Positions 29,248 to 41,002 are shown, counted from the first letter of the stretch. The stretch is 41,474 bases of DNA from a virus (IMGVR_UViG_2734482774_000012:1-41474); one strand, 5' to 3'. Program-made: numbers and translations. Notes: generated from the letters alone by a model not told the origin.

Positions 29248-29689
29248 TCTCGTTCTAAAGGCTTTACGAAAAGCCGGGCTGTATTCCAATGCCACGTTGA
29301 CAGATGCTGACCCTCAGGCAATTGAAGATGCCATTAATGACCTCGAAGACATGATGGCAGCATGGCAGGCTAAAGGTATCGAGCTTGGGTATCAGTTTGC
29401 TGATACAGAAAACGGCATCATGCCGTTACCTGACGATGATTCAGGTATCCCTGCATGGGCAAATGATGGCGTCGCTTTGAAACTCGCTGTGCAAGTGTGC
29501 ATGGATAACGTCATTCAGCCGTCAGACGCTCTCCTTACCGCTGCTGACAGTGCATATCAGACAATCTGTATCGCTTTAACCAAAATACCACCACTTGAGC
29601 GGCGAAATGACATGCCTCGCGGTAGTGGTAACAAAAGCGCGTTTACGTGGAATCGGTTTTACATCGAGAAAGATGATCCGAGTACGTGA
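29228..29689 (+). CDS. Head-completion / tail-adaptor protein (P22 gp4-like)
   Basis: Size (153 aa) and position before the gp10 homologue. Confidence 0.6.
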   Translation: MAKTKGDLVLKALRKAGLYSNATLTDADPQAIEDAINDLEDMMAAWQAKGIELGYQFADTENGIMPLPDDDSGIPAWANDGVALKLAVQVCMDNVIQPSDALLTAADSAYQTICIALTKIPPLERRNDMPRGSGNKSAFTWNRFYIEKDDPST

Positions 29690-29698
29690 GGTGAATAA

Positions 29699-31117
29699 AT
29701 GCCGATTCAGCAACTTCCGCTTATGAAAGGTGTCGGCAAAGACTTTCGAAACGCCGACTATATCGACTATCTGCCAGTGAATATGTTGGCTACACCCAAA
29801 GAAATCCTCAACAGCAGCGGATATCTTCGTTCATTCCCGGGCATTGCCAAACGTTCTGATGTGAACGGCGTATCGCGCGGCGTCGAGTACAACATGGCGC
29901 AGAGTGCTGTTTATCGCGTGTGTGGTGGCAAGCTGTACAAAGGAGAAAATGCAGTCGGTGATGTTGCCGGAAGTGGTCGCGTATCAATGGCGCATGGTCG
30001 AACATCACAGGCGGTAGGCGTTAACGGGCAACTGGTCGAATACCGTTATGATGGCACGATTAAAACCGTCTCAAACTGGCCTGCAGACAGCGGGTTTACG
30101 CAGTATGAGTTAGGTTCGGTTCGCGACATTACGCGTTTACGTGGGCGTTATGCGTGGTCAAAAGACGGCACTGATTCATGGTTTATCACTGACCTTGGAG
30201 ACGAATCGCATCCTGACCGTTACAGCGCACAATATCGTGCCGAGTCTCAGCCGGACGGCATCATCGGTATCGGGACATGGCGAGACTTCATCGTCTGCTT
30301 TGGTTCATCGACTATTGAATATTTCTCCCTTACTGGCGAAACCACCGTTGGTGCTGCTTTGTATGTCGCACAGCCATCACTGATGGTGCAAAAAGGCATC
30401 GCCGGGACTTACTGCAAAACGCCGTTTGCTGATTCCTATGCGTTCATCAGCAATCCGGCAACGGGTGCGCCGTCTGTATACATCATCGGCTCCGGTCAGG
30501 TGTCACCAATCGCCAGCGCGAGCATTGAGAAAATCCTCCGCTCCTACACTGCTGATGAACTGGCTGATGGTGTGATGGAATCGCTGCGATTTGATGCTCA
30601 TGAGTTGCTGATTATCCACCTTCCTCGCCATGTTCTCGTGTACGACGCATCTTCAAGCGCCAATGGTCCGCAATGGTGTGTGTTGAAAACAGGCCTGTAT
30701 GACGATGTGTACCGCGCTATCGACTTCATTTACGAAGGCAATCAGATAACGTGCGGCGATAAGCTGGAATCTGTTACCGGGAAACTGCAATTCGACATCA
30801 GCAGCCAGTACGACAAGCAACAGGAACACCTGCTGTTTACTCCGTTATTCAAAGCGGATAACGCCAGAGTTTTCGACCTTGAAGTTGAATCGTCAACTGG
30901 CGTTGCGCAGTACGCTGACCGCCTGTTCCTCTCTGCTACCACTGACGGCATAAATTACGGGCGTGAGCAGATGATTGAGCAGAATGAACCGTTCGTTTAC
31001 GACAAACGCGTTTTGTGGAAGCGAGTTGGGCGCATCAGGAAAAATGTCGGCTTCAAATTGCGCGTTATTACGAAGTCACCAGTCACTCTGTCTGGCTGCC
31101 AGATAAGGATTGAGTAA
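29699..31117 (+). CDS. Tail hub protein (P22 gp10-like, 472 aa)
   Basis: Translation nearly identical to P22 gp10 as I recall it ([46 protein letters not shown]…). Confidence 0.9.
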   Translation: MPIQQLPLMKGVGKDFRNADYIDYLPVNMLATPKEILNSSGYLRSFPGIAKRSDVNGVSRGVEYNMAQSAVYRVCGGKLYKGENAVGDVAGSGRVSMAHGRTSQAVGVNGQLVEYRYDGTIKTVSNWPADSGFTQYELGSVRDITRLRGRYAWSKDGTDSWFITDLGDESHPDRYSAQYRAESQPDGIIGIGTWRDFIVCFGSSTIEYFSLTGETTVGAALYVAQPSLMVQKGIAGTYCKTPFADSYAFISNPATGAPSVYIIGSGQVSPIASASIEKILRSYTADELADGVMESLRFDAHELLIIHLPRHVLVYDASSSANGPQWCVLKTGLYDDVYRAIDFIYEGNQITCGDKLESVTGKLQFDISSQYDKQQEHLLFTPLFKADNARVFDLEVESSTGVAQYADRLFLSATTDGINYGREQMIEQNEPFVYDKRVLWKRVGRIRKNVGFKLRVITKSPVTLSGCQIRIE

Positions 31118-32070
31118 TGGCGGATTCGAATCTCAATGTGCCGGTAATCATCCAAGCTACACGGCTCGACACATCAGTCCTTCCACGCAATATCTTCTCG
31201 CAGTCGTATCTGCTTTACGTTATCGCACAGGGCACTGATGTTGGTAACGTGGCTAACAAAGCCAACGAGGCCGGACAGGGCGCTTATGATGCACAGGTCA
31301 GGAACGATGAGCAGGATGTCACCCTTGCAGACCATGAATCCAGAATTGAAGCTGCTGAAGCAACTCTCATCAATCATGAAAATAGAATTGCAGCAGCGGA
31401 AAGCACTCTTGCAGATCATGAAACAAGGATTACGGCTGCTGAAACAGAGCTGGCTGATCACGAGACGCGAATTGCTGCCAATGAATCTGAGTTAGCAAAC
31501 CATGATGCGCGCATAACTCAGAATACAAACGATATCGACGCACTTGATACCAGGCTCACAGCGGCAGAGGGAAGTATTTCGACGCTACAAAGCACAGTTG
31601 GTGATCACTCAACAAGAATATCTGCGCTTGAGTATGCCACCACGCGCAAGAAATCAGAGGTTGTTTACTCAGGGGTATCGGTAACAATTCCGACAGCGCC
31701 TACCAACCTTGTTAGCCTGCTGAAAACGCTCACGCCGTCATCCGGCACGTTGGCACCATTCTTCGACACCGTTAACAACAAGATGGTTGTGTTCAACGAG
31801 AACAAAACCTTGTTCTTCAAGCTGTCGATCGTCGGGACGTGGCCCAGCGGAACCGCCAACAGGTCAATGCAGCTAACCTTTTCCGGCTCTGTTCCTGACA
31901 CACTGGTAAGCAGTCGTAATGCGGCGACAACAACCGACAACATCCTGTTAGCTACGTTCTTCAGTGTGGATAAAGACGGCTTTCTTGCCACAAATGGCAG
32001 TACGTTAACCATTCAGTCAAATGGTGCGGCGTTTACTGCCACAACCATCAAAATCATTGCGGAGCAGTGA
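31117..32070 (+). CDS. Tail needle (P22 gp26-like) with repeated coiled-coil and C-terminal extension (317 aa)
   Basis: N-terminus [31 protein letters not shown] like gp26; four-plus tandem 14-residue repeats ([12 protein letters not shown]); longer than P22 gp26. Confidence 0.75.
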   Translation: MADSNLNVPVIIQATRLDTSVLPRNIFSQSYLLYVIAQGTDVGNVANKANEAGQGAYDAQVRNDEQDVTLADHESRIEAAEATLINHENRIAAAESTLADHETRITAAETELADHETRIAANESELANHDARITQNTNDIDALDTRLTAAEGSISTLQSTVGDHSTRISALEYATTRKKSEVVYSGVSVTIPTAPTNLVSLLKTLTPSSGTLAPFFDTVNNKMVVFNENKTLFFKLSIVGTWPSGTANRSMQLTFSGSVPDTLVSSRNAATTTDNILLATFFSVDKDGFLATNGSTLTIQSNGAAFTATTIKIIAEQ

Positions 32071-32549
32071 TGGAAATAAAGCTCATCGATAATCCGGTGA
32101 AGCTTGCAGAATTCCTCAACAACCCGGCAAACACGGGAAATATCGTAGACAGTGGAGACAAATACTACATCAAGCCTGATGCGGTATACCTCGGCATCTA
32201 CGAAGGACTGATGCTGGTCGGAGTGCATGAAGTGCGTAACTTCTGGCATAGCGTTGTTGAATGCCATGCGGTGTACGACCCCGGATTCCGTGGCGAATAT
32301 GCACTGCAAGGGCATCGATTATTCTGCAAATGGCTTCTCGAAAACTCACCATTCCTTAACAGCATCACTATGGTTCCTGACACCACGAAATACGGACGGG
32401 CAATTATCCGTTTGCTTGGCGCTACCCGTGTTGGTCACCTTGATGATGCTTATACCAGCAATGGAAATCCTGTAGGCATCACGATTTATCAGTTACCGCG
32501 CTCAAAATACGAGGAGCTAACGAATGTTAATTTTCCAGATTGCCAATAA
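32070..32549 (+). CDS. Ejection/assembly protein (P22 gp14 position)
   Basis: Positional analogue; ATG at 32070 overlaps the gp26 stop. Confidence 0.5.
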   Translation: MEIKLIDNPVKLAEFLNNPANTGNIVDSGDKYYIKPDAVYLGIYEGLMLVGVHEVRNFWHSVVECHAVYDPGFRGEYALQGHRLFCKWLLENSPFLNSITMVPDTTKYGRAIIRLLGATRVGHLDDAYTSNGNPVGITIYQLPRSKYEELTNVNFPDCQ

Positions 32550-33198
32550 GCACCTCAGCAAAACTGTTTACTGCAAAGGTGGCAGTGATGGCGGTTCAAA
32601 AGCCCAGGCACGCGCAACTGAAAAGGGCATCGAATTGCAGCGCGAAATGTGGCAGACGAACATGCAAAACCTTGCACCGTTCACTCCACTCGCTCAGCAG
32701 TACGTATCAGAGTTGCAAAATCTTTCCTCTCTTCAGGGGCAAGGTCAGGCTCTTAACCAGTATTACAACTCTCAGCAGTATAAAGACCTTGCAGGGCAGG
32801 CGCGCTATCAGAGTCTGGCAGCAGCAGAGGCAACGGGTGGATTAGGCTCTACAGCAACAGGAAACCAGTTAGCAGCAATCGCACCTACACTCGGTCAAAA
32901 CTGGCTGTCAGGTCAGATGAACAACTACAACAATCTGGCAAACATTGGCCTTGGTGCTCTTACAGGTCAGGCAAACGCCGGGCAGAACTACGCTAACAAC
33001 GTCAGCCAGTTGTACCAACAGCAGGCGGCAGCATCTGCGGCGAATGCTAACCGACCATCAGGATTGCAATCAGCTTTGGGCGGTGCCATGAGCGGTGCGG
33101 CATCAGGGGCGATGATTGGCTCTGTGGTGCCTGGAATAGGTACAGCTGTTGGCGCTATTGGTGGCGGTATTATCGGTGGTCTTGGATCATTGTTTTAA
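32524..33198 (+). CDS. Ejection protein (P22 gp7-like)
   Basis: Q/N-rich middle and Gly-rich hydrophobic C-terminus (GGAMSGAASGAMIGSVVPGIGTAVGAIGGGIIGG); positional analogue. Confidence 0.6.
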   Translation: MLIFQIANKHLSKTVYCKGGSDGGSKAQARATEKGIELQREMWQTNMQNLAPFTPLAQQYVSELQNLSSLQGQGQALNQYYNSQQYKDLAGQARYQSLAAAEATGGLGSTATGNQLAAIAPTLGQNWLSGQMNNYNNLANIGLGALTGQANAGQNYANNVSQLYQQQAAASAANANRPSGLQSALGGAMSGAASGAMIGSVVPGIGTAVGAIGGGIIGGLGSLF

Positions 33199-33207
33199 GG
33201 TGGGAAT

Positions 33208-34479
33208 ATGGCTACTTGGCGACAAGGAATCAACTCAGGCGGCTTTCTAGCTGGTATCGGTGGGCAAAACTCAAATGCGCCAAAGGCAAGTGATGTAAGT
33301 GAGGCGTTGGCCTATATTCGCCAGAACAACGAAATGGAGCGTTCAGGTCGCAATAACATCGGCCTTCAGGCGTTGCAGGGACTTGGTAGTGTCGCTCAAA
33401 CATATCAAGCTGCAAAGCAACAGGAAGCGGATGCTGCATTCCAAAAAGAATATGCGGCAGCCATCCAGTCCGGTGATCGACAGCAGGTTCGAGATCTGAT
33501 GACCAAATATCCTGGTCAATTAGAGAAGATTCAGTCTGGTATGAAGTGGGCAGACGAAGACCAGCGCAATTCTATCGGCACCTTAGCGGCTGGCGCACGC
33601 CTTGCGTCATTGTCTCCAGAAGCAATGCAATCATGGCTGCAAAACAACGCCAAGGAACTGGCGCGCGTCGGTGTTGACCCTAACAGCGTTGCTCAGATGT
33701 ATCAGCAGAACCCTTCAGGATTTGGTGAGTTTGTTGATCACCTTGGGATGGCTGCTCTCGGTCCGATTGACTACTTCAATGTTCAGGACAAGATGGCTGG
33801 TCGCCAGCAGGAGCAGCAAAGAATTAACGAAACAATCCGTAATAATGACATGACAAATGCCAGAGGGTGGGCAAGCAACAATATTGCGCAACAAAATGTC
33901 AATCTTCGTCGGATGGAATTAGAGGACAAGAAATACGACAGACTCATCGCAAATGAAACTAATGCCTTAAAACTTGCTGAATTGCAGGACAAGAGATTGC
34001 AGAATCAGCAAGCTATGGAGCAGGCAAAGCGAGATAAGGCCGATGCGTACAACTCTGGAATGGATAATCTCTCCAGAACGATAGAGACGGCTACAAAAGT
34101 TCTTAATAGCCCAGGATTCACGGGATATTTCGGAACAAACCTAAACCCACTATCGAGTAGATTCATTCCAGGAACAGAGGCTGCTGATACAGAAACTCTG
34201 GTTGACACACTGAAATCTCAGGGATTCTTATCTGGCATTCAGCAGATGAAAGGGATGGGGGCTTTAAGTAATGCCGAGGGGCAAAAGGTAATGGATGCTA
34301 TTGGTAGTTTGTCCCCAAATCAGTCTGAAAAATCAGCCAGAGCAGCTATCAAAACAATCATAAAAACCACTGAGATGGCTCAGAAACGTATGCAACAGAA
34401 ATACGGGAAGGACATACAACCGTCTCAACAGCAGCTTTCTGATGATGACCTGATTAATAAATATCTCGGAGGGCAGTAA
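33208..34479 (+). CDS. Ejection protein (P22 gp20-like)
   Basis: Positional analogue, 423 aa. Confidence 0.55.
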   Translation: MATWRQGINSGGFLAGIGGQNSNAPKASDVSEALAYIRQNNEMERSGRNNIGLQALQGLGSVAQTYQAAKQQEADAAFQKEYAAAIQSGDRQQVRDLMTKYPGQLEKIQSGMKWADEDQRNSIGTLAAGARLASLSPEAMQSWLQNNAKELARVGVDPNSVAQMYQQNPSGFGEFVDHLGMAALGPIDYFNVQDKMAGRQQEQQRINETIRNNDMTNARGWASNNIAQQNVNLRRMELEDKKYDRLIANETNALKLAELQDKRLQNQQAMEQAKRDKADAYNSGMDNLSRTIETATKVLNSPGFTGYFGTNLNPLSSRFIPGTEAADTETLVDTLKSQGFLSGIQQMKGMGALSNAEGQKVMDAIGSLSPNQSEKSARAAIKTIIKTTEMAQKRMQQKYGKDIQPSQQQLSDDDLINKYLGGQ

Positions 34480-36593
34480 TGGCCTATAGTCGCGAACAGT
34501 TGATGACGGCGTTAAGGAATGCTGATGCTGCCGGCGATACTGAGGGAGCACGTCGCATTGCTCAGATGCTGTCTTCTGGTGATCAATCCACTCAAAACCA
34601 ATCGCAGCCAGAAGAACAATCTCTGGTAGGAAAAGCCACTGACTGGCTCACTGGTGGTCAAAGCGCAGGGCAAATTGCAGAACAGGCTGGCCGTGGTCTG
34701 GTAAACATACCATTTGACGTATTGCAGGGTGGCGCAAGTCTGATTAATGCAATCAGCCAGGGACTTGGTGGCCCCAAGGTTTTGGATGATGTCTATCGTC
34801 CAGTCGATCGACCGACAGACCCTTACGCGCAAGCCGGTGAAACAATTGGTGGGTATCTCCTGCCAATTGGCACAGCGGCAAAAGCTGCTGGAGCGCCAGC
34901 AAAGCTCGCAGGAGACATCGGTTCCGCAGGAAACATGATTGCCGGTTCTCTTGCTGATGCTGCAAATCAGGAGGGTGATTTTGCACAAAATGCTGCCATT
35001 AACGGTGGTATCAATATTGGTGCTCAAGGCGTTCTTTCAGGTGTCGGGCGCGTTATTGCGCCAAGGGTTTCACAGGCTCTTGGTGGTGCAGCACTGAATT
35101 CTGCTAATGATGTTTCCATGATGGCAAAGTCAGGTGCTGGGCGTCAGTCAATTGCCAGTCAGGCCGCTAATGTGTCCGAAGATGTAGCAAAAGCGGCTGA
35201 GTCTGCTGGAATTGATATAAACGCATTAACACCGGGAATGCGATCTGGAAGTCGTGGAATTGCACAAGCCGAAGGCGCATTGGCATCAACACCAGGGATT
35301 GTTCAGGATGCCCATCAGGCAGCATTTAACGAAATATCATCAAAGTTAAGTCGAAACCTTGATGAATTTGGGGCCGCATCTGGAACTGCATCAGAAAAAA
35401 GTGCGGCTATAAAACAAAGGATTCTTCAAAATCTTGATCAGATGAAGGATGCCGAGCGCGCGGCATGGGATGACGTGCGGTCAACAATGCCAAATCAAAA
35501 AGCAAGAATGCTAAATGGTAATGCCGTTATTCAGGCAGAGCGATCTGCTGGCATACCGCTTACTCCTGAAATGAAACAGTTTGTTCAGGCAAACAATCAA
35601 GGTGGAGTAACATTTGATGGCATGAAAGCATGGAGAGCGAAATTTGCTGATGCGGAGCAAAAATATAAGCGTAGCGGAGAGGCAAATGCGGCAAGGAGAG
35701 CAGGGGAAATACGCCGGGCAATTACTGATGATATGCGCACAATGGCGGAAAACGGCGGATTTCTTGATGACTGGCAAAAAGCTAATGATCTGTCTAAAGC
35801 GAGGTTATCAGCACAAGAGAGTGCAGAGTCTGTTTTCGGGCGTGATTTGGCAACAGATGCACTGATTACGAATGGAGTAAAATCTCTTCAATCATCGTCA
35901 GCTAAAGGTCTTAATGGTCCTGCTGGATTCCATTCTATGATCCGCGCGCTGCCAGAATCAGAGCGTGTTCCTGCTATATCATCAATGTTGCAAGATGCTA
36001 TCTCGCATGGTGTACGTGGTGGCAAAGCTGATGCAGCAGGAATTAACCATATCGCAGGGATACTTACCCCACAAAATGTAAAAGCCATTAGCAGATATTC
36101 CTCAGAACTCGGAAGAATTGCTGATGCATATGGCACTCTTGCAAGAGCAGCAGTGAAACCTCAGCAGTATATTGAAAGAACAGGGAGAACTGCCAATGTA
36201 CTACGCGATCTGGATGCCGGTTTATCCAACGTCACATCAACAGTGTTAAATGCAATTGCCAACTCAACATCAGGTGCCATTGTTGGTGGAGCAGGAGGGG
36301 GCATTGCAGGCGCTGTCGCAGGTGCTTTAGTTGGCGCCGGGTTAAAAGGTGCTGTATCTAAAATTGCCACCACGCGTAGCGGTCGATATGCGATAGAGAA
36401 AGCAGTTCAAGAAGCCACGAAAGCAGTAAGAGCTGGCGGAAGTAAAGAAGCATTAGCGGCGGCGGAACGCAGATTTATGGCAAATAAAGCCGCCGTAAAA
36501 GCAATACGCGATGCTATTGGTAGCGATGAATTCAATCGCTTGTCGAGAGCTGGTATTGTCGCCTCGTTAAGCGGTATGAATGAATATGAATAG
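34479..36593 (+). CDS. Ejection protein (P22 gp16-like, 704 aa)
   Basis: Positional analogue; Ala/Gly-rich segments; last gene of the rightward structural operon. Confidence 0.55.
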   Translation: MAYSREQLMTALRNADAAGDTEGARRIAQMLSSGDQSTQNQSQPEEQSLVGKATDWLTGGQSAGQIAEQAGRGLVNIPFDVLQGGASLINAISQGLGGPKVLDDVYRPVDRPTDPYAQAGETIGGYLLPIGTAAKAAGAPAKLAGDIGSAGNMIAGSLADAANQEGDFAQNAAINGGINIGAQGVLSGVGRVIAPRVSQALGGAALNSANDVSMMAKSGAGRQSIASQAANVSEDVAKAAESAGIDINALTPGMRSGSRGIAQAEGALASTPGIVQDAHQAAFNEISSKLSRNLDEFGAASGTASEKSAAIKQRILQNLDQMKDAERAAWDDVRSTMPNQKARMLNGNAVIQAERSAGIPLTPEMKQFVQANNQGGVTFDGMKAWRAKFADAEQKYKRSGEANAARRAGEIRRAITDDMRTMAENGGFLDDWQKANDLSKARLSAQESAESVFGRDLATDALITNGVKSLQSSSAKGLNGPAGFHSMIRALPESERVPAISSMLQDAISHGVRGGKADAAGINHIAGILTPQNVKAISRYSSELGRIADAYGTLARAAVKPQQYIERTGRTANVLRDLDAGLSNVTSTVLNAIANSTSGAIVGGAGGGIAGAVAGALVGAGLKGAVSKIATTRSGRYAIEKAVQEATKAVRAGGSKEALAAAERRFMANKAAVKAIRDAIGSDEFNRLSRAGIVASLSGMNEYE

Positions 36594-36595
36594 CT

Positions 36596-37081
36596 TTATC
36601 TAATGTTGCTGCTACTGTTGCATGTGACGGTGTTTCCAAATCCTGAATTGCAGTTTGTATATGTGTCAACGCGTGTTGGGTAAGGTTGAGTTATAACAGG
36701 CTGGCGCGCTTTTTGCTCGATCGCTTGCATTGTGTTTACAGCCTGATAATTCAATAAAGCCTGCTGGAATGCTTGGCTTTGCGCTATTTGTTGGGCTTGT
36801 TCTTGGCTTTGTAATTGAACATAAAGATTCTGAAGCTCAAGTCTTGCCTGTGCGTCACTTATCTTGCCTTCATCGACACCTTGCCCGAGCATCTTCGCAG
36901 CAAGGACATACAGCTTAGGTGTTGGTGCTGATGCCATGCGTGAGTCGTTCTTCACGCTGGCATCAAGGCAATTAGCCATATCACTAAGCTTTGGATAGCG
37001 TTGTTCGCAACTTGCTTGGTAGTCACTTACTTTTGCGCATCCAGCCAGCAGAAGCGGGATAATTAATAGTGATTTTTTCAT
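36596..37081 (-). CDS. Predicted outer-membrane lipoprotein (161 aa), unrecognised
   Basis: Signal peptide with canonical lipobox LLAGC, +2 residue Ala; Q-rich helical middle; Cys-containing C-terminus; last gene of the mnt-side operon. Confidence 0.65.
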   Translation of the reverse strand: MKKSLLIIPLLLAGCAKVSDYQASCEQRYPKLSDMANCLDASVKNDSRMASAPTPKLYVLAAKMLGQGVDEGKISDAQARLELQNLYVQLQSQEQAQQIAQSQAFQQALLNYQAVNTMQAIEQKARQPVITQPYPTRVDTYTNCNSGFGNTVTCNSSSNIR

Positions 37082-37106
37082 AAAGTTATTTATAAAATCC
37101 TTTCTA

Positions 37107-37421
37107 TTATTTATCAGAAGTTAGATTGTAATAATTGGTATAAGCTGAAATTGACTTCTGGCATGCTTCAAGAAACTCCTGTGGATTCATTCCAAGTCTT
37201 GCTTGCTCTGTGGTCAGAAAACGCTGTAAGAACTCATCTCCGCCAGGCATTTTTGTTGATTCTTGAAATGTTGCCATTTGTTTGATTGTGCCGCACATGC
37301 CAGCAAATTTCGAAGTTATCATGAGTTCTTGCAGGCCTTTAAGATCGCCATTATCTGATTTTTGTTTGGCGCAAACTATTGTAGAGAAGAACAATATTAA
37401 CAAAATAGCGATGCGTTTCAT
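37107..37421 (-). CDS. Predicted exported protein (104 aa), unrecognised
   Basis: N-terminal signal peptide MKRIAILLILFFSTIVCA; ATG overlaps the mnt stop (ATGA). Confidence 0.55.
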   Translation of the reverse strand: MKRIAILLILFFSTIVCAKQKSDNGDLKGLQELMITSKFAGMCGTIKQMATFQESTKMPGGDEFLQRFLTTEQARLGMNPQEFLEACQKSISAYTNYYNLTSDK

Positions 37422-37669
37422 TCTTCACCGTTGCCATGCATACATTTTAACTTCTCAACCTCATGCTCAAGCTCTATCAACCGCGATGCTATAGTTGCAA
37501 TATCTAGTGCTTGAATATGTTTATTTTTTTCAGTCCATGCCTCAAGTGCTGCTACCATCTCAGCATTTAATGAACGAGAATTAGCCTCAGCCAGCTCAAT
37601 AAGACGTTCCTTTATCTCTACAGGAAGCCTCAGATTCACTTGAGGGTTTTTGTACTTACGATCAGACAT
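37418..37669 (-). CDS. mnt: Mnt-like ribbon-helix-helix repressor
   Basis: N-terminal NLRLPVEIKERLIELAEANSRSLNAEMVAALE is an Arc/Mnt/MetJ-type RHH motif; position and orientation match P22 mnt relative to arc-ant. Confidence 0.7.
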   Translation of the reverse strand: MSDRKYKNPQVNLRLPVEIKERLIELAEANSRSLNAEMVAALEAWTEKNKHIQALDIATIASRLIELEHEVEKLKCMHGNGEE

Positions 37670-37773
37670 CGGCGCATCCTGAATAATTATTTACCACAGG
37701 ATATGTAGGTATCTATTGACTATCAATGCGTACCTAAATACTATGTATGCGTACCACATACAAAGGAGCAAAA

Positions 37774-37920
37774 ATGAAAGTTAAGACATTAAGGATGCCA
37801 GAATGGCTGGAAAAGGCTTTGGAGCAGTCCGCGAAAAAGGATGATCGGTCGTTCAGTAATGAGGTATTGAGGAGACTAAAGGAGTCAGTAGCTAAGGATG
37901 GAATTGTTTGTCCAGAATGA
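37774..37920 (+). CDS. arc: Arc-like ribbon-helix-helix repressor (48 aa)
   Basis: Manually translated MKVKTLRMPEWLEKALEQSAKKDDRSFSNEVLRRLKESV...; RHH pattern; AAAGGAG RBS; immediately upstream of ant. Confidence 0.6.
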   Translation: MKVKTLRMPEWLEKALEQSAKKDDRSFSNEVLRRLKESVAKDGIVCPE

Positions 37921-37986
37921 GTAAAGCCCAAGCTATTGCGAGTAGCTCGGGCTTAAATCGCCAGTAAATTTTGAGGAAAAACTGAC

Positions 37987-38910
37987 ATGAAAAGTATAGC
38001 AACAGCAGTATCTACTATCAACGTGCCATTCCACGGCGCAGAGCTTTATGTCGTCAATCACAACGGTGAGCCGTACACCCCAATGAAACCTATCGTTGAG
38101 GGAATGGGGCTAGACTGGAAATCTCAACATAAGAAGATTTCTCAACGCTTCTCGAAGGGTATGGTGGAAATCACCATACCTTCTGCCGGTGGGGTGCAAG
38201 CCATGATTTGTATGGCTTTACGAAAATTGGCAGCTTGGTTGAACAGCATCAGTCCTAACAAAGTCCGCCCTGAAATCCGCGACAAGGTAATCCAGTATCA
38301 GGAAGAGTGTGACGATGTGCTCTACGAATACTGGACTAAAGGCTATGTGGTTAACCCGCGCAAAGCTAAAAAGGCGTTGCCTGGTAAAATCACCACTGAA
38401 CAGCAGGAAGCTATTAAACAGCTCGTCATGAGTCGCGGTCAGTCTCTGCCAAAAGAAAAACAGGCGAAGGCGATGATCACCATGTGGTCGTCACTGAAAT
38501 CCCATTTTGGATGTTCGTACAAAGAAATTAGTGAGGAGCAGTTTACCGAAGCACTGTCACTTGCAGCTCGAGTTCCACTTGAAGGTGAGTTCATCGGCAA
38601 ACAAGAGAAGAAAACCAACGAGCTTTCTGCAAAAGAAGCAAACAGCCTTGTATGGTTATGGGATTATGCCAACCGCTCACAGGCATTATTCCGCGAACTG
38701 TATCCGGCATTAAAACAAATTCAATCGAACTATTCCGGCAGATGCTACGACTACGGTCATGAGTTCTCGTATGTTATCGGAATGGCGAGGGACGTTTTAA
38801 TCAATCACACACGAGATGTTGATATTAATGAGCCAGACGGACCAACGAATCTTTCCGCATGGATGAGACTTAAGAATAAAGAATTACCTCCTTCAGTACA
38901 TAACTACTGA
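37987..38910 (+). CDS. ant: Antirepressor Ant (307 aa)
   Basis: Position after mnt/arc; size and N-terminal domain typical of P22-type antirepressors (recollection). Confidence 0.75.
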   Translation: MKSIATAVSTINVPFHGAELYVVNHNGEPYTPMKPIVEGMGLDWKSQHKKISQRFSKGMVEITIPSAGGVQAMICMALRKLAAWLNSISPNKVRPEIRDKVIQYQEECDDVLYEYWTKGYVVNPRKAKKALPGKITTEQQEAIKQLVMSRGQSLPKEKQAKAMITMWSSLKSHFGCSYKEISEEQFTEALSLAARVPLEGEFIGKQEKKTNELSAKEANSLVWLWDYANRSQALFRELYPALKQIQSNYSGRCYDYGHEFSYVIGMARDVLINHTRDVDINEPDGPTNLSAWMRLKNKELPPSVHNY

Positions 38911-38927
38911 CAGATAACCAACGCAAC

Positions 38928-38952
38928 GACCCAGCTTCGGCTGGGTTTTTTT
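38928..38952 (+). terminator. Intrinsic terminator after ant
   Basis: CCCAGC-TTCG-GCTGGG hairpin followed by TTTTTTT. Confidence 0.65.
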
Positions 38953-39010
38953 ATGCCCAAAATTCACCGTGGCCACGCTGCGGCGATTCATTGTATCTGG
39001 AGCAAATTAA

Positions 39011-41002
39011 ATGACAGACATTACAGCCAATGTGATCGTATCGATGCCTTCGCAACTTTTCACTATGGCTCGTTCTTTTAAATCAGTAGCCAATGGCAAA
39101 ATTTATATCGGTAAAATTGACACTGACCCGGTAAATCCTGAAAACCAGATTCAGGTTTATGTGGAAAACGAAGACGGTTCTCACGTTCCTGTTGAACAGC
39201 CAATCATCATTAACGCTGCTGGATATCCGGTATATAACGGACAGATTGCCAAATTCGTAACTGAGCAAGGCCATTCTATGGCTGTTTATGATGCGTATGG
39301 TTCTCAGCAGTTCTATTTTCCGAATGTGCTGAAGTATGACCCAGATCAGTTTGCATCAAAGTTAGCTTCAGATTTAGGAGCGTCAATGATCGGTACATCT
39401 AATGGTGATACGGTTCAGCAGTGGCTTGATAAATTCCCCCCATTATACGCTGAAGAATTTGGTGACCTATCTGTTACAGACGCAACAACAATACTACAGA
39501 ATGCAATAGATTCGGCATCATTACAATGTCGTGAATTAAAAGTAAGGACGCCAATTATAAATGTTAGGCAACTCAAGCTACCCAACAATACCATTTTGAA
39601 TCTTGGTATGTGCACTTTAAGACAAATATCTAATACAAATAAGCCGTTAATCAGAAACGATGTGTTTGGATATACTGATAAAGTTCATACAAACTCAAAT
39701 ATTACTATTATTGGTGGGGTTCTTGATTTTAATGGTTCAAACCAGTCTGACACTACGGCAACAGGAGAAGTTAATGTCGGCTGTGCATTTTTTGGGGTGA
39801 AAGGCCTTCATTTTCGTGGCTCAACAAAATTCATTAATGCCAGACGTTATAGTTTTTTTGCTGCAAATTGTGCAAACATTACTTTTGATGATCCGGTTGT
39901 TGAAAACGACCCGGCAATACCAAGTAGCAATAAAGATGGCTTACATTTTTGCGGAAAAGTTTACGGTATTTCAATAAAAAGTATTTATGTTTATAACCCA
40001 GAAGATGATGCACTAGCTATAAATGCTGATGATGTAGATCATGGTGGGGAATGGACTCGCGCTAACATTACTGGAGCAATAGATAATGTTTGGGTTGGGC
40101 AAGTTCGTGTGGATGGTCCTTCATCGCATAACGGTGTGCGTTTGCTAAGTGCGTCACCCAACACACCTATTTCAAATGTGAAAATTGATTCAATTGTAGG
40201 TAAAGTAGATAATTATTTTCTTAATATTCAACCATACGGTTTAGGTACCTCATCGGTATACCACAATATTGATATCGGCATTATAGGAGGAATATATTCT
40301 GTCAGAACCAATCCTGCATTTACTCATGGCATGGTAAATATCTACACTATGAAGCCGAACCCAGCAGTTTTGAATAATATTCATATTGGTCAGATTTTTC
40401 GTGATCAGGAAATTGGCGATGGACAGGATCGTCCGACTGTACAGTTATGTGTTGAAAACACTTCTGTTACATTTGATAAAATTGTCGAGCAGAATTGTGC
40501 TAATGATGCTGTCGTTAGGGTAACGGAGATAGGACCTGCGGCTTTTATAACTCTAAACGAAGCATACAAAAAATCCACCCGAACCTTAACTCCTGGTGTG
40601 TATGGTTCCATCGTAATTGTAAGTAATGTTAACGACAATCAACTTGAACACCTTAAAATTGGATTCAATTCTGCAGATAGACTACGTCACGTTGTATTGG
40701 CAAGGTCTGTAAAAATTAAACGTTTGGATATGTTTAGTGATGGTTCAGCAGACAACATCCCTCTGTATCTTGAATCATCCCAGGTAACTAATCTTAATTG
40801 GAATAGTAGTGTTCCATCCACTTATCAATTTACTGCACATCGCTATACGCTTTCAGGTGAATCGTCTGCTGTAATATTTGAACGCCCTGCTGTTACAGGT
40901 GGGAGTACTACAGAACGCCCAGTAAATGCAATAATTGGTGACAGTTTCTATGATACGACAACGAATACTCGTGTGAACTGGAATGGATTTAATTGGGTGT
41001 GA
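39011..41002 (+). CDS. Tailspike: P22 gp9-type head-binding domain fused to a divergent beta-helix receptor-binding domain (663 aa)
   Basis: First ~115 residues ([17 protein letters not shown]...[38 protein letters not shown]...[13 protein letters not shown]...NVLKYDPDQ) closely resemble the P22 tailspike N-terminal domain; the remainder has parallel beta-helix composition but does not resemble P22 gp9. Confidence 0.85.
   Translation: MTDITANVIVSMPSQLFTMARSFKSVANGKIYIGKIDTDPVNPENQIQVYVENEDGSHVPVEQPIIINAAGYPVYNGQIAKFVTEQGHSMAVYDAYGSQQFYFPNVLKYDPDQFASKLASDLGASMIGTSNGDTVQQWLDKFPPLYAEEFGDLSVTDATTILQNAIDSASLQCRELKVRTPIINVRQLKLPNNTILNLGMCTLRQISNTNKPLIRNDVFGYTDKVHTNSNITIIGGVLDFNGSNQSDTTATGEVNVGCAFFGVKGLHFRGSTKFINARRYSFFAANCANITFDDPVVENDPAIPSSNKDGLHFCGKVYGISIKSIYVYNPEDDALAINADDVDHGGEWTRANITGAIDNVWVGQVRVDGPSSHNGVRLLSASPNTPISNVKIDSIVGKVDNYFLNIQPYGLGTSSVYHNIDIGIIGGIYSVRTNPAFTHGMVNIYTMKPNPAVLNNIHIGQIFRDQEIGDGQDRPTVQLCVENTSVTFDKIVEQNCANDAVVRVTEIGPAAFITLNEAYKKSTRTLTPGVYGSIVIVSNVNDNQLEHLKIGFNSADRLRHVVLARSVKIKRLDMFSDGSADNIPLYLESSQVTNLNWNSSVPSTYQFTAHRYTLSGESSAVIFERPAVTGGSTTERPVNAIIGDSFYDTTTNTRVNWNGFNWV

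Noticed and set aside
31320-31500. Possible CRISPR-like or non-coding tandem repeat
   Set aside because: The repeats are in-frame coiled-coil coding repeats within the tail-needle gene, with no spacer-like unique units.
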